Of a DNA stretch of 36,921 nt, positions 23,649 to 36,149 are shown piece by piece (position 1 is the first letter of the stretch; every line of letters starts with the position of its first letter). The stretch lies in NCBI GenBank assembly GCA_001662655.1, contig KV460293.1; one strand, 5' to 3'. The notes beneath the pieces are model-generated. The model saw nothing but the letters and a program-made list of their open reading frames with translations, made no database searches and had not been told where the DNA came from. A program made the position numbers and the translations under genes. The stretch is from Pseudogymnoascus verrucosus (Eukaryota).

Positions 23649-24304
23649 TCTGACAAAGAATGGGCGCAAGAAGCTGAAAGTTCTGGGTGTGAATATGGAG
23701 TCTCCTCAGAACAAATATTTGCCAATCTCTTGCCAAAGGCTACGACAAATGTGTTGTATTTTCTGCGTTTGCGCGCCAGGGACAATATTTAGAGTTGGGG
23801 AAAGGAACAAACAGGCGTCATTCTTTATGTTTGTGGCTGATCACCTAGTAACGAGTAGCTTTACGCCACAGAACAAAGACAGGTCATGTGACTCGGAAGT
23901 CGCCACAGACCTCGTCCAATCAGAAGCGACCTTCATCGCTGTCAACCAACCAGCGAGAGACATTTGAGAATTTGAGATGCTTCCAGTATGTCCGCTGTCC
24001 TTGGTTACAGCTCTTCTGCGCTTACAAGCGGGGGTGGGTTTTCTCTACTGAAAGCCATGAGGAAACGAGGCTCGGTGAGCCAGTGGCAATAAATGGGCTC
24101 CTTGGATATGGGGCAAAAAGCACAGGTTTTCAGTCTTTAGTATCCATCATATTCATATTTATTTTCGCTCCAGGCAGTTCATAACACAAGAGTATCCCAA
24201 GCAACCCAAAGCCAACCCATATACTCCACCCTCCAATCTTCGTAAACCCGTGCAATGCAAACCCAAATCGCCTATAATCGTTTCTATACTTCCCTCCCCC
24301 TTCC

Positions 24305-25993
24305 TCAGTTCTCCTCGGTCCTCTCCTCCTTCTCGTCCGTGCCCACCACCACATCCTTTACAACCTTCCCAACGCTCTCCAGCTTCTCTCTAAACGGAAC
24401 TGCGGGCGACTTCGCCTCCTCAAGCTCCTTCGCCCTCTTCTTCTCCGCCGCAATGGAAATGCGGTTCAGCTCTCCCACGAAGCTCTCTCCCCACCACGCA
24501 CTCGTATACTTAAACACATACGACTCGAGCTTCTTGAAGTTGTTAAGCCGTTGCTCAGCATCCATCGTAACAGAGTCGTAGATCGCCTTCGCGAGCTCCT
24601 CGGTGTTCCATGGGTTAACAACGAGCGCGCCGTTCAGGGACTGCGCGGCACCGGTGAACTCAGAGAGAATCAGGGCACCGTGGCGCTCGCGCTGCGTGGC
24701 GATGTACTCGTAGGAGACGAGGTTCATGCCGTCGCGAGTGGAAGAGACGAGGCAGACGTCGGAGACGGCGTAGAGGGCGGTGAGCTCATCGAAGGCCACG
24801 GATTGATGGAGGAAGTGGATGGGCATGAATTCGATTGTGCCTTGGGTGTATGTTAGTAGGTTGCTACAGTATATATGACACGTTGGTGCTTACCGAATTT
24901 TCCATTAATTCTTCCAACGAGTTCGTTGACAACAGCGCGGAGATTTTGGTATTCCTCCACGTCTTCTCTGCTGGGGACGGCCACCTGAATCAGGACCACC
25001 TTACCAACCCACTCTGGGTTCTCAGTCAAGAAGACCTCCAGGGCGTGCAGTTTTTGCGGTACACCCTTGATGTAATCCAAGCGATCAACTCCAACGATAA
25101 GCTTCACCCCCTCAAACTTCTTCTTGAGGGCGTTGATTCGGTCAATAACCTTTGGCTTCTTCAGGCCCTCCACAAACTTATCCGGGTCGATACCAATAGG
25201 GAATGCAGCTACCGTCACGTACTTCCCACCATACTCGACTCCGTTGGGCGTAGTCCCCACTTCCAGTATCCTCGCACAACTGCTGAGGAAATGTCTGGCG
25301 TAGTCATACGTATGGAAGCCGATCAAGTCACACTGCAGCACGCCCATAAGCAGCTGTTCTCTCACCGGCAGAATTCTGTATATCTCGCTCGACGGGAACG
25401 GGGTGTGCAGGAAGAATCCAATCTTGACATTCTTCCTGGTGTCGCCGATTTCCTCGCGCAGCATCTCAGGGAGGAGCATGAGATGGTAGTCGTGGACCCA
25501 GATCATGTCGCCGTCCTGTACATCTTTGGCCATGGTCTTAGCGAAGAGGCGGTTCACCTGCTTGTATGCCGACCAGGCGGATTCGTCGAATGTGATTTCT
25601 CCGGGGTGGTAATGGAAGAGCGGCCATAGGATGGAGTCTAGAGATACGTCAGCATATAATCCGTAAGCTTTGGGCATAGCACTTACTCGAGAAGCCGTTG
25701 TAATGGCGATCTGCGAGCTCATCATCAACAAATATAGGCGTCGCGCCATACTCGTCTCTCAAACGAGTAGTCAAGTCCTCAACCTCTGCCTCTGGGACTT
25801 CCAGCCCAGGCCATCCGTACCATTGGAACTTGGTCGTCTTCGCCAAACCACTGAGACCTGTAACCAGGCCACCAGAGGACATGCTGAAGCTGTACGTTCC
25901 ATCGTCGGAGCGCTTGATGGTTATAGGCAGGCGGTTAGAGACGAGGAGAAGGCGTCCTGAGCCGTCGTTGGTTGGTTGCAAGGCACCGCGCAT
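24305..25993 (-). CDS. TPS1: Alpha,alpha-trehalose-phosphate synthase (GT20), 528 aa
   Basis: Exons 25993-25687, 25637-24894 and 24840-24305. Motifs LLLVSNRLP, SSGGLVTGL, HYNGFSNSILWPLFHY, WVHDYHL, GFFLHTPFPSSE, GVDRLDYIKG and RDGMNLVSYEY. Confidence 0.98.
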
Positions 25994-27286
25994 TTCGACA
26001 GGTGGTGGAAGTTATTATTTGTTGATAACTCAAAGTTTGAGGAGCTTGCGCAGAAGTGCTCTGCTGTCGTTGAAATCCTATGCAGCTCAAACACAGGCCC
26101 AGTCGCTCGTTTGGAGGTTGCAAACGAAGCCCAGACAGGTACTTGGCGGGGTAACAAATATAGTAAGCCACAAGTTGCCTCAGCAAGTCACCCAAGTATA
26201 AGTCGATCTCTTGCTATTTGCAAAGAAGGTAAAATACTTCGAAAGTGACAGACAGTAGGTGTTGATATCGTTCGTAAGAGGTATGTGTATAGAGTTGTTG
26301 TTGGTTTCGTAGATTCGTTCGTTCGTTTTCCAAGTTGCGGCGCAAAGGGTATGATGATGTAGTTTCGTCCCGCACCGCAAATCACCCCAATCGCAGCCAC
26401 GGAATCGAAAACGGACGGGGTGAGGGGCAGCCTAAACCCGCCTTGTGCATTTGAACTTGGCCCTTGTTTCTCTCCAACCACCACCAACCACCAGCGCCCA
26501 GCCCGCCCAATTACCGCCGAGGACTACTAACAACAGCAGCAACCAAGAAGAGGGAAAACCGTATATCGAAATGCCCCGGGCAATTCGGAGGATTCAAGGT
26601 TCATGAGAGAGAGGCATTCACATACAATTAAAAGCCGCAAAGTCAAGTTCATGGTTCCATACAGACGCTGCTCCGACGCCACATGTCTTGCACCTCCATG
26701 ATCTGAGCACGGACTTGGCGCAAAACGCATGGTAAAGATTGCTACCCGATCAATGATGATGGCATCGCCAACTCTATTATTATCGCCCTGGGCAGGCATG
26801 TCCATTCGGCCCGCTCAGCCATTCATCCATGATTGCGGAGACCATTATATTATATACCGAGACGAAAAATTCTCGCGGGTGTGTTTTGGGGGGATGAGAT
26901 ATTTTAATTTTGCACAGCTGAAAATCACGCGTGGTTCACCGGAGAGAGATGCTTACTATGGACGCTGCTTGTGCGAGTTCTCGTCGATAAAAGGCTGGGG
27001 TCTAGAACAGGGATTTGTGAGGCCCAGAACAATGACCACATGTAGCCACAAGATATCTTCGGCCTATGGGCCAGCGAGGTCGTTACAAGTAATATAAAGC
27101 CGATATAATGCGATAGACCATCGCCCAAAAAATGCCTCTAAAGTATGTATTCCCATTTCTCAAAACCATTGTATGCTACGCTACCATCTCCAATGCAACA
27201 TGCTATTGTATCCATCATAACCTTCATAATTCGTGTACACCAATTCTATAGCCACAGCAAAGCCAAGCAGCTACCCATCTTCACAA

Positions 27287-28943
27287 TCACCGCCTCCTCC
27301 CAAACTTCCCTCCAGCCCTCCCTCCCTTCGCTCCCGAATTCTTCAGCTTCGTCCTCTTATAATTCGTATGCACCTGAGCCCCAACCTTCTGCCTGCGCCC
27401 CGTCATCTTCTGCTTGCTCCTCTTGTATCTCGTCCCTCCCTCCGAGGCCGTGTACTGCGTGCTGTCATCCGAGCCCGAGTCAAAGTTACGGACTGCCTTG
27501 TAAAGCGGTAGCGAGTCTGCCTCAAAGCCTTCCTGCGTATCTGGGACGAGAGTCGGGTTCTGTGTATCCCCATCTTGCGTATCATCCTGCCCATCACCGT
27601 ACTCGTCATCTTCATCATCGGAGTAATTCGTAGGTGCAGCCTCTTGAGCTGGCGCTTTAGTCCTCACAGGCCTAATATTGACCTTCCTCGTCGTCCTCTT
27701 CTGGCCCTTCTTCTTGTAAACAGGAAGTTTACTATCCCTATCCGCAATAGCCTGCTCCTTCTCCCCCAGCTCATCATCCGCATCCTTGCCACCAACGTTA
27801 TTGAAATCCAGATCCGGGAAATCGATAAACGGGAAATCGGTAAGCTGCTGGCTATCCCCGACCTGAATGCTTTCTTGTGGTTTCGGCGCTTGAGGCTTGG
27901 GTAATGACTGCTTCGGAGCAGCATTCGGAGGTGGCGGGCCACTCTCCATCTCTCGCAGGGCGTCAAGGTCGTCATCCAGCGCTTCTTCTTGCATCTCCCT
28001 CAAGCTCGCCAGCATACTACTCAACCCCCTAACAAGCGACCTCTTCGGCATTCTCGCTGCCGGCGGGGACAATACGTCAACAGCATCCTCACTAATAGCC
28101 GGAAGCGCAGCGATCCTGTTATCCCTTCGCAAAAACGATGGCGTAGAGAGATTCAGTTTCGACACAGAACTAGGCGTCAACGACGCCTGTCTGGTGCTCT
28201 CCTCATTGCTCCCCCGCCGGCGCTTCAACGGCGTCACAAACGTATCCAGCAAGAAGCGCTTACTGCTCGACAGCGGCGTCCTCGAATGCCTCGCCGCGCT
28301 CGGGGTGGCCATGATCCCTTCATCAGCAGCCTTCGACTTCCGCGGCGTCTCCTGGATGCTTGGGGCGTCGGAGGGGGCGGCTGGTTGCTTGAACGGCGAT
28401 ATTTCATCACCGCTGGGCATGGCGTCGAATATACCGAGGAACTTGCCATCTTTCTGCGGCGTGGGCCCGATGACACGGGGCTTTTGGGGGGTGAAGAGGA
28501 GGCGGTTCGCTGAGGGAGTGTCGAATGGTCCCGCTGTCGAAGGTTGGGGGTGTATCTGTGAGGGCGTCCGAGACTCCACGACTGCCCGTCGTTTAGCGGG
28601 TGTCCCAAGTGTATTGGAAGGGGATTTTCGTTTCGAGGACCGGGGCGCGGTAGTTTCTGGCGCTTTTGGCTTCGGTTTAGGTAGAGGTTTCGTGGGTATT
28701 TTGCCAGCGAGGATATCTCGAATTCGATTGTAATCCTTGTACTTTTGAGCTGCATCGTAGTGTCAGACCATGCATCATACTCAAGGAATGGAGCAACGTA
28801 CCTATATGAGAGTTCTGCTTAATATCCTCCCTCCCAGCCTTCTGTCCATTATTCCCAGCCGCAAACTCCCTCTCCCAAACCTTCAACTCCTGCCTCAACA
28901 CAACCGACTGCTCCGTCAAAATATTTCGTTCTTCCTCATCCAT
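27287..28943 (-). CDS. SLD2: DNA replication regulator Sld2/Drc1, 534 aa
   Basis: Exon 1 28943-28802, intron 28801-28750, exon 2 28749-27287. N-terminal LRQELKVWEREF...REDIK...IAQKYKDYN, IGPTPQKDGKFLGIFD, many S/T-P CDK sites and KKKGQKRTTR. Confidence 0.92.
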
Positions 28944-29013
28944 AATTCGAGTTCGTTGTCGCAGTAGCAGCGCTATCTCAAAATGTCACTCTTTCCCAGC
29001 CCTAACAACGGGC

Positions 29014-29064
29014 GGGACGCGACTAGAACGTGTAATGGCTAAAATTAGCGCGTCCCGGACCGCG
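29014..29064. promoter_or_regulatory. MCB-like (ACGCG) elements in the 195-bp divergent SLD2/RING promoter
   Basis: GGGACGCG (29014-29021) and its inverse CGCGTCCC (29049-29056), plus a third CGCG at 29061-29064. MBF control of replication genes is established in yeasts. Confidence 0.55.
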
Positions 29065-29138
29065 CTCTTATCGTTATCGCCCTCCACCATAATTATCCAC
29101 TAAGTCCCCCATCGCCCCTCCACCCACTCCCAATCTCC

Positions 29139-30146
29139 ATGGACGACGACACCGCCACGAAGTCCCAGGTTCTCCAAACGACACTCGCCGAGATCACAGC
29201 ACGCGCAGGCGCGGACGCAGATCCCCACCATACCGCAGAAGAATGCTGCGTAATATGCCTTGACCGCATCACCGAGGCAGCGCAGGCGTCGCCCTGCCGC
29301 CACGCGAGCTTCGACTTTATATGCCTAGCCAGCTGGTTACAACAGCGTAGTTCTTGTCCCCTCTGCAACGCCGAGGTTTTCGAAATCCACTACGCCTTCA
29401 CGAACGAGACGGAGTACAAAATCTACGCGGTCACATCCACCACCAAATCCACCGCACCCTCCTCCTCGATCCCCCCACCACAACAGCGAAGCTTCCCCCA
29501 TCGACCGTCAAGGCCGCGACGGCAGTACACACACACACCCACCCCAGCCCCCGACGACGCCCTCGCCCGCCGCAGAGCAGTCTACGCGCAGAACCTCTAC
29601 TCCCTACACGTAGGCAGCAACCGGATCTCCCGCTTCCGCGATTTCACGCCCCAATCCCTCTCTGCCTCCCCCGAACTGCAGTCACGGGCGCGGACGTGGA
29701 TACGGCGGGAGTTGCGGGTTTTCGCATTCTTACAGCCTACGGACACCGCGGAGGGCGAGGTCGGGGGTGCAACAGAGGGGGGGACGAGACGGGGAAGAGG
29801 GGATAATGCGGAATTCTTGCTGGAGTATATAATGGCAGTCTTGAAGACGGTGGATATGCAAGGGGCGTCGGGACAGGCGGAGGAGTTACTAAAAGAGTTT
29901 TTGGGGAGGGAACATGCGAGGTTGTTTTTGCATGAGGTTAGGGCGTGGTTGAGGAGTCCGTTTGCGAGGGTGGAGGATTGGGATCGGAATGTGCAGTATG
30001 CTGTGCCGCTTGTGAAGGTGGGGGATGGGGAGAGGGGTGGTGTGAGGGGTAGGAGGAGGGGGAGGGGAAGGGGGGATAGGTATACTCCTTATAGAGACGG
30101 TAGGGGGGGTGTTGAGGAGGCTAGACGGAGGTATAATCCGGATTGA
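29139..30146 (+). CDS. RING-finger E3 ubiquitin ligase, TOPORS-like, 335 aa
   Basis: RING CVIC...PCRHASFDFIC...W...CPLC, then RARTWIRRELRVF...FLLEYIMAVLKTVD...LFLHEVRAWLRSPF...WDRNVQY and an RG-rich tail. Intronless. Confidence 0.88.
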   Translation: MDDDTATKSQVLQTTLAEITARAGADADPHHTAEECCVICLDRITEAAQASPCRHASFDFICLASWLQQRSSCPLCNAEVFEIHYAFTNETEYKIYAVTSTTKSTAPSSSIPPPQQRSFPHRPSRPRRQYTHTPTPAPDDALARRRAVYAQNLYSLHVGSNRISRFRDFTPQSLSASPELQSRARTWIRRELRVFAFLQPTDTAEGEVGGATEGGTRRGRGDNAEFLLEYIMAVLKTVDMQGASGQAEELLKEFLGREHARLFLHEVRAWLRSPFARVEDWDRNVQYAVPLVKVGDGERGGVRGRRRGRGRGDRYTPYRDGRGGVEEARRRYNPD

Positions 30147-30442
30147 ATGAATATTAAATGAAAATAAATGTAATATTTTGAAGTTATTTATCTTGACGTA
30201 TAATTTAGGAATAAACCATACATATTAACCCTCAACTTTCAATATTCATAGAGGAATATAATCCACACTCTACCTTTTAGAACTAGAAAACAGAACGACG
30301 AGTATTAATATCTAACTACCATTATCAACCTACCCATATCATTATCCTTCCCACTCCCAATCGGTCATGTGGTTAAAACTGCCTGGAAAATGCTATGACC
30401 TTCATAGGCCATATTTTGCCCTACCCCTGGAAATCCGAAAAT

Positions 30443-30545
30443 GCTCCAATGGCGCAATGGTAGCGCGCAAGACTTCTACTAATGACTCTAGTCTAGTCAA
30501 CGTAAATCAATCTTGAGGTTGAGGGTTCGAGCCCCTCTTGGAGTG
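30443..30545 (+). tRNA. tRNA-Arg (anticodon TCT) with 31-nt intron
   Basis: Acceptor stem GCTCCAA/TTGGAGT, D arm GCGC-AATGGTA-GCGC, anticodon stem CAAGA/TCTTG with loop CT-TCT-A, intron 30479-30509, T arm GAGGG-TTCGAGC-CCCTC, and downstream T-runs (Pol III terminator). Confidence 0.95.
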
Positions 30546-31432
30546 GATTTGTGTCATTTTTTACATTTTTTTTTACAATTTTTATTGCCTATATTAATTA
30601 CGTAAAACCCACCCCCTCTGTTTATTTTTGACGCAAAATCAAAAGAACAGCACTCAGCGTCGTCTGCCTACAGACTCACAATTCCCATCAATTTTTTCCA
30701 GCACCACCACCACCACCACCAAAATCGTAGGGTCTTGGCGGGTAACACAACCCGCTTAGTCCCACACTCACGGGTTCGTCTCCTTAGCGTCCACTTAGCG
30801 AGCACCAGCCTGACGGTCTAGAGCATAAACCTGTTCCTAAGGATAGAACTTCACCGTCCGGATGTAACGGACATACATTGAAGAAAGCCCCATTTATACT
30901 TATGTACTGTTATGCCTAGGTTGGTTGACTCGGGAACTTACTCCAGTCTGGAAAGTAAATACGAAGATGTAGCCAGCTGAATGAAGCCAAGCAAGCAAGC
31001 CGCTGCTGCTGCTGACACGAGAAGATTCCCTATCCCTATCCCGTAGCCGCTGGTTCTACCCATCCCTCGCATCACCAAGACTCTACCTGCACCGCACCGC
31101 GCGTCCCCATCCTCACATCCCCGTTCGTCTCACTGCATAACATCCGGCTTATCCATCCTAGATCACTTAATCCCATCCCCCCCCCAGCGCGCGTGGCGCC
31201 CAATATCCGCACAGACATCTATCTCCGTCTAGGATGTCGTCGTTCGGGGGGGCCAAGCCTACACCGAGACGGAGAGCTCGGGGGGGGGGAGGGCTAAGAA
31301 TAGAGGTCTGGAAGGTGTGACTGGGTGTGGAATTGATAACGGGGGTGGGGGGGAGTAGGGAGTACAGAAAGTGAGAGAGGGACAGAGAGAGAGAGAATGG
31401 GCACGCCGGGGTGTTATGTCATCGTCGTTCTG

Positions 31433-31613
31433 GAGCTGGGTGAGTGATGGGTGTGGATATGTGGATATATGTACAGTACAGTACTCCGTGTCAGTACTGT
31501 TGTAGAGCTGGGTGATGGGTGTGGATATATGTACTCCGTGTCAGTACTGTTGTACATATGGATATCGGGCGTACAGTACGAGCGTACAGTACGAGCGTAC
31601 GAGCGTACGAGCG
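31433..31613. repeat. Tandem duplication (72/50 bp) followed by GTACGAGC/GTACA micro-repeats
   Basis: GAGCTGGGTGA...TACTCCGTGTCAGTACTGTTGTA occurs at 31433-31504 and 31505-31554. CGTACAGTACGAG/CGTACGAG repeats follow at about 31570-31613. Confidence 0.85.
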
Positions 31614-33057
31614 ACTACGCGTCTCACTCTTGGAAAAAAAGCTGACCGCGTCTCTGCCTCCCTGCCTCCCTGGCGAGTAAAGTAAATTCTAGGCGAGTCG
31701 TCCAGGCGCCGGCCATCACAGCAAAAAGCAAAGCCATGTCTCAGTCACCCATCACGTGATCACCGTCTCCTAAACTCGCGCCCTCACTTACTACTATCTG
31801 TCTTGCCTGCCTTGCTTGCTCTGTGGGTGGTGGAGTGTGAGGCGGACAGGACAGGGTGGGACGACAGACAGCCAAGAAGGGGGGAGGGCTAAATATAAAA
31901 CAGGTAAGAGATTGACCTGTGGATATGCTGTGTGGTGTGTTGTTTATTGAGTTTTCGGATTCTCCACCGTGGAGCACTGGGCGGTATGGGATGGGCGGTA
32001 TGGGCTTGGAAGTTCTGGATGCCGGGTTGGAGATGGGATTTTTTTTTGGCGAGTGCGTTGGTGTGTGATGGTGGTGTGTGTGTGGGTTTTTTGGGACTTG
32101 TGGCGCCGGAGTTGGGCAAGGAAGTGGCGTATTTTTAGTTTTTTCTTTGGTGTCTGTTTGTTGGGATAAGTTATGTATGTGTGAGCTGTTTACTTGAACT
32201 CTGTGTGTGGTGCTTGTTGATTGAGTGAAGGGCTACGAAAAGGTGGAGAGCTTGGATGGGGCACGTGAAGCGGGAATGGACGCGCCGAAGCCGGTAAAAG
32301 CTGTCGTTGGCATGTGTGATGTGTGAGTGAGAGGTCAGTACCACGGTTTGCCAGCTCGGCTTGCCCCTATAATCCTGTCAATTCTAGGGGCTGTGTATTA
32401 CTGATGTGTATACTTGAAGCAAAAGTTAAGTCATCGAGTGGAATTGAGGCTGAGCAAGTTAAAGCGTTTTGTGCATTGTAATAACAGTTTTATCACTCAT
32501 AAGTTGTGTACGACTGATTAACCCCTTCATTAACACTCGGGTATTAAAAATCTAGCATGACACAGACAAAACTCCGCCACAATACTCTCTCGCTGGATTT
32601 CGCGGTATTATTTTCTCGGGCGGTACGTACCCGCCGCCGTAACTGACAGGGGCACGACGCGACGGCGACGGCGGAACTGCAGGAACAGCGGACCCTCCCA
32701 TTTTCTCGCACCGCGAGAAGTGGAGACTGGGCAGCCAATCGCCGACGAGGTAAACGGGCAATCGTGGCTGGATGGGGTTAGAGGGTGGTTTCCTGTCATT
32801 TCGCTTAATTGGGGGGGCTAGGCGGGATGGGGGGTTAGTGTGGGCATGGTGGTGTTTTGGTGTATCTGGTGTATCCGTTGTGTGTGTGTGTGTGCTTGTA
32901 TCGGAGTGGTGATGATGGGGAGGAGAGGGTGAGGATGTGTGTGAGGTGTAACGAGAATGTGAGGCCTGAGGTGTTGGGAAGGAGTGAAACGGAACATTCC
33001 CGAGACGTGTCAGTTGTATATTTATGCTGGGGAGACCAGCGAAGGGGTACAAGGTGG

Positions 33058-33755
33058 CTGTCTTCTCTGTCTTCTCTGTCTCCTCTGTCTTCCCTGTCTA
33101 CTCGCCGTCCACAGAAATGATAGGCACACTACGAGACACAAGTGCACGCCAGCGCAAACCCCTCCCAAGACACCGCGGCAAGAAATATGTCGATCTTTCA
33201 ACTTGTATTGGACTGTATGGGACTGTATTGGACTGTTTGCTGTACTGGACTGTGCTGGACTGTACAGTACTAGGTGTTGTGCTTGGTCCTGTATGGTACA
33301 GTACATATTCATAGTCTAGTTTGTCTAGTTTGTCTAGTTGTCTAGTTATGTACTTAGAGTTACTGTGCATTTTGCTCTTGTGATGCAGGTACCTCCCCCT
33401 CCAGCGGTTATCTGTGGTTACTGTACTTCCTGTATTTTACTGTACTGTTACTGGCTTTTTTCGCCCGTTGACTTGCTAATTCCTGCTAAATTCCTGCTAA
33501 TCCCCCCTCACTCTCCCTCCCTCCCGCGTCTCCCTGTGCCTGTGCCTGTGCCTGTGCCTGAGCCCTTTCCCACTTCCCGGAGGTACCTGATTAAAGTACA
33601 CCACCACTTCAACACCGTACTTCCCCATCCTTTCCCTCCTACACACCCCCCCTGCCTTTCCGGATACTCTCAACTCACACACGCACCCACCTATCTCTCT
33701 CTCGGTCTGTGTCTGTGCCTGTGTCGGTCTCTCTCTCTCTCTCTCCTCTCTCTTC
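33058..33755. repeat. Cluster of simple repeats upstream of the WSC gene
   Basis: (CTGTCTTCT)n at about 33058-33097, GGACTGT repeats at about 33210-33263, (TCTAGTTTG)n at 33315-33348, (CCTGTG)4 at about 33533-33556 and (CT)n at about 33729-33753. Confidence 0.75.
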
Positions 33756-34226
33756 ATTCATTCATCACGAAACACGACCATCATCGACGACATTCACCTT
33801 CCTTCATCCATCATCACACTCCCTCGTCTGTCCATCCAACTTGATCACCCTGTGTGATTCACGACATTCGCTTTATACCCCGTCGTCGACACTTGTCGAT
33901 TCTTCCCACCGTCTATTCATTCCTCGGGTCCCCCGGTACATCGCGGCAAAAGGAAACAGCAGATCCGACAGATCTAACCAGAGAAACAAATCACGAACGG
34001 AATCGATTCCATCGAAGCGGCATCTAATTTCGCCCATCGACCGGTATTTTCAAAAAAGGGACGAAAGCCAGGACAAAGAAACGTCCTCTGTCAAAGGGTC
34101 TAGCGTCACGAACCTCGACCCCATCGAAGCGTCATTAGGGTGGTCGACGTCCATCTCGACATCAAAACAACCAACAGTGCTGAATTCCCCGTCATCTTCG
34201 AGGCCGCGGCCAACATCAAATCCACC

Positions 34227-35183
34227 ATGCTCTTCTCATCAGTTCTCGCTCTTGCCGTCGCGCTACTCGGCCCGGCGCCCGCGGATGCGTTCGATATTAT
34301 AAAGGGCGACTGCTACGATTCTCTAGACGGATTCGTCCATGGCTTCAACGAACAGTGGCAGGCGGCGTCGGCATGCTCGACTCATTGCGTGCCGTTGGGA
34401 AAGCCGGTGATGGCGATTAACGGCTCCGATTGTTGGTGCGCCGATACGTTACCCGCGAAGAAGCACAAGGTGGACATCTCGAAGTGCTCAATGGTGTGCC
34501 CCGGCTATGGCCAAGATATGTGTATGTGACTTTGCTTGGATATTGTCGATATCATGCTGACATGAAACAGGCGGTTCAGAAGATGGGAATTATTTCTCCA
34601 CATGGAACGATGGCCTTGATAAGACTATCAAGAATGCAGATTCAGTGGCTGATAGTTCTCCTTCATCTAAAACATCACAGCCAGCCGAGACCACGGCAAA
34701 CAGCCCCTCTGTGGTTACAAATTTCGTCGGAGGTGAGTTCTTTCTCAGCTGTCCCATTCGCCGAATTTTTGCTCACACGTCTAGGCCAAACTGTCATAGT
34801 GACCCAATCACCCGCAGCCAGTAAAGACACCGGCAGCTCAGGCCCAAACGTAGCCGGCATCGCCGCAGGCGTCGTTGTCGGCGTAGTCGTCATCGCCGCA
34901 GCGATCGGAGGGATGTGGTTCTACCTGCGTGCCAGGAATCGTCGCGAGCTGGAGGACGCACACAGGCGCCAGGCGGCCATCAACGCCTTCGTCAAGTCAC
35001 CGAGTGACGCGCCCGCATTCGACACCAGACTCGAGCCAGCTATCATGCGTAGGATGAGCGCCGGCAGCATCGCGGATAACCAGGACTACTCGAGGAGAAT
35101 CCTCAAGGTATGTGCTAACCTTACTCCTCAGTCAGCTATCTTGGACACGTGCTAACTATCTGCTGCAGGTCACGAACGCATAA
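34227..35183 (+). CDS. WSC-domain cell-wall integrity sensor (Wsc1/Slg1-like), 264 aa
   Basis: Exons 34227-34521, 34571-34732, 34785-35107 and 35169-35183 total 795 nt. Signal peptide, Cys-rich WSC domain (CSTHC...GSDCWCAD...CSMVCPGYGQDMCG), S/T linker, TM AGIAAGVVVGVVVIAAAIGGMWFY and tail SIADNQDYSRRILKVTNA. Confidence 0.92.
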
Positions 35184-36149
35184 ATCCGCACCACTGCAGG
35201 GCAGTGGCAGGGCCGAGCGCTTCGAATCTCACGACAATGACTTTGTATTTCTCTTGTAATCGCATGCGGCCGTCAACCTTTTTCCTAATCCGTCTCCCGC
35301 CCGCCGCCCACGTCGAAACCCGGCATATATCGGACTTAACCAGTTGTCTCGACTTCCGATAATAGGTGTGCTTGGCCGATGTCCAATCTTCGAATCTCCG
35401 ACGCAACATCTTGCTCTCATATCCAGTCACCATTTGTCACACCGCCTCTCTCCACTCTCTGTCCGCCCTTTCTCCTGATCCCTTCGCACCCGCCATCACT
35501 CCTTCGGCGTGGATTCGGAGGGATAGGGGGGATATACAAGGCTCGGCTTGGCCTCCTGAGGCTATACATATTATGGGACTTACATTCTCCCACACCACCA
35601 CACTCTTTGACACGAACGACACTTCGAGGCTACCTGTTGCAAAATTCCAACGACACCCCCCTCCTCCACCACCTACCGCTCACAACAATATAGGGCGGTT
35701 GGTCTGCTGGCTGCGGGTGTCACGACGGTGATTGGATGGATTGTGAATTGTTGGAGTATTTTCGAACGGATGAGGGACAGGGCATGAGGGCATCTAAGCT
35801 CTTGAACTTTTTTTTATTACTCTTTTTGTTTTTCCGTTTCACGGGTTGGCGTATTGGATTAGGGGGTTGGGTGTGGTGTGTTGTTGTACGAGGTTGTGTG
35901 AGTGAATGCCTCTTGGGCTGAAATGGGAAGAGGGTGCGAAGGGAACGGATAGGATTGAGAGAGGAAGTTAGACGGTAGTGTGGAAGGGTAGATATGGAGA
36001 GAAATGAATGAAGATTTCAACCTCTTGATTTTTGGAGTGGACTTGAGCGTGTTTTAAGTGACCTGACGTGGTATAAACACGAGACTGTGAACGACGTAAC
36101 ATGTCACGTGACCATAGAACCGTTTGCTCAATCTCTCATATAGATTTGT

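Noticed and set aside
20881..28733. Long + strand ORFs opposite VID27, TPS1 and SLD2 (e.g. 21317-21913, 24835-25629, 27897-28733)
   Set aside because: Antisense shadows of GC-rich conserved genes with no independent domain signal.
32552..34226. ORFs of 90-200 aa upstream of the WSC gene
   Set aside because: Translations are low-complexity products of microsatellites with no plausible gene structure.
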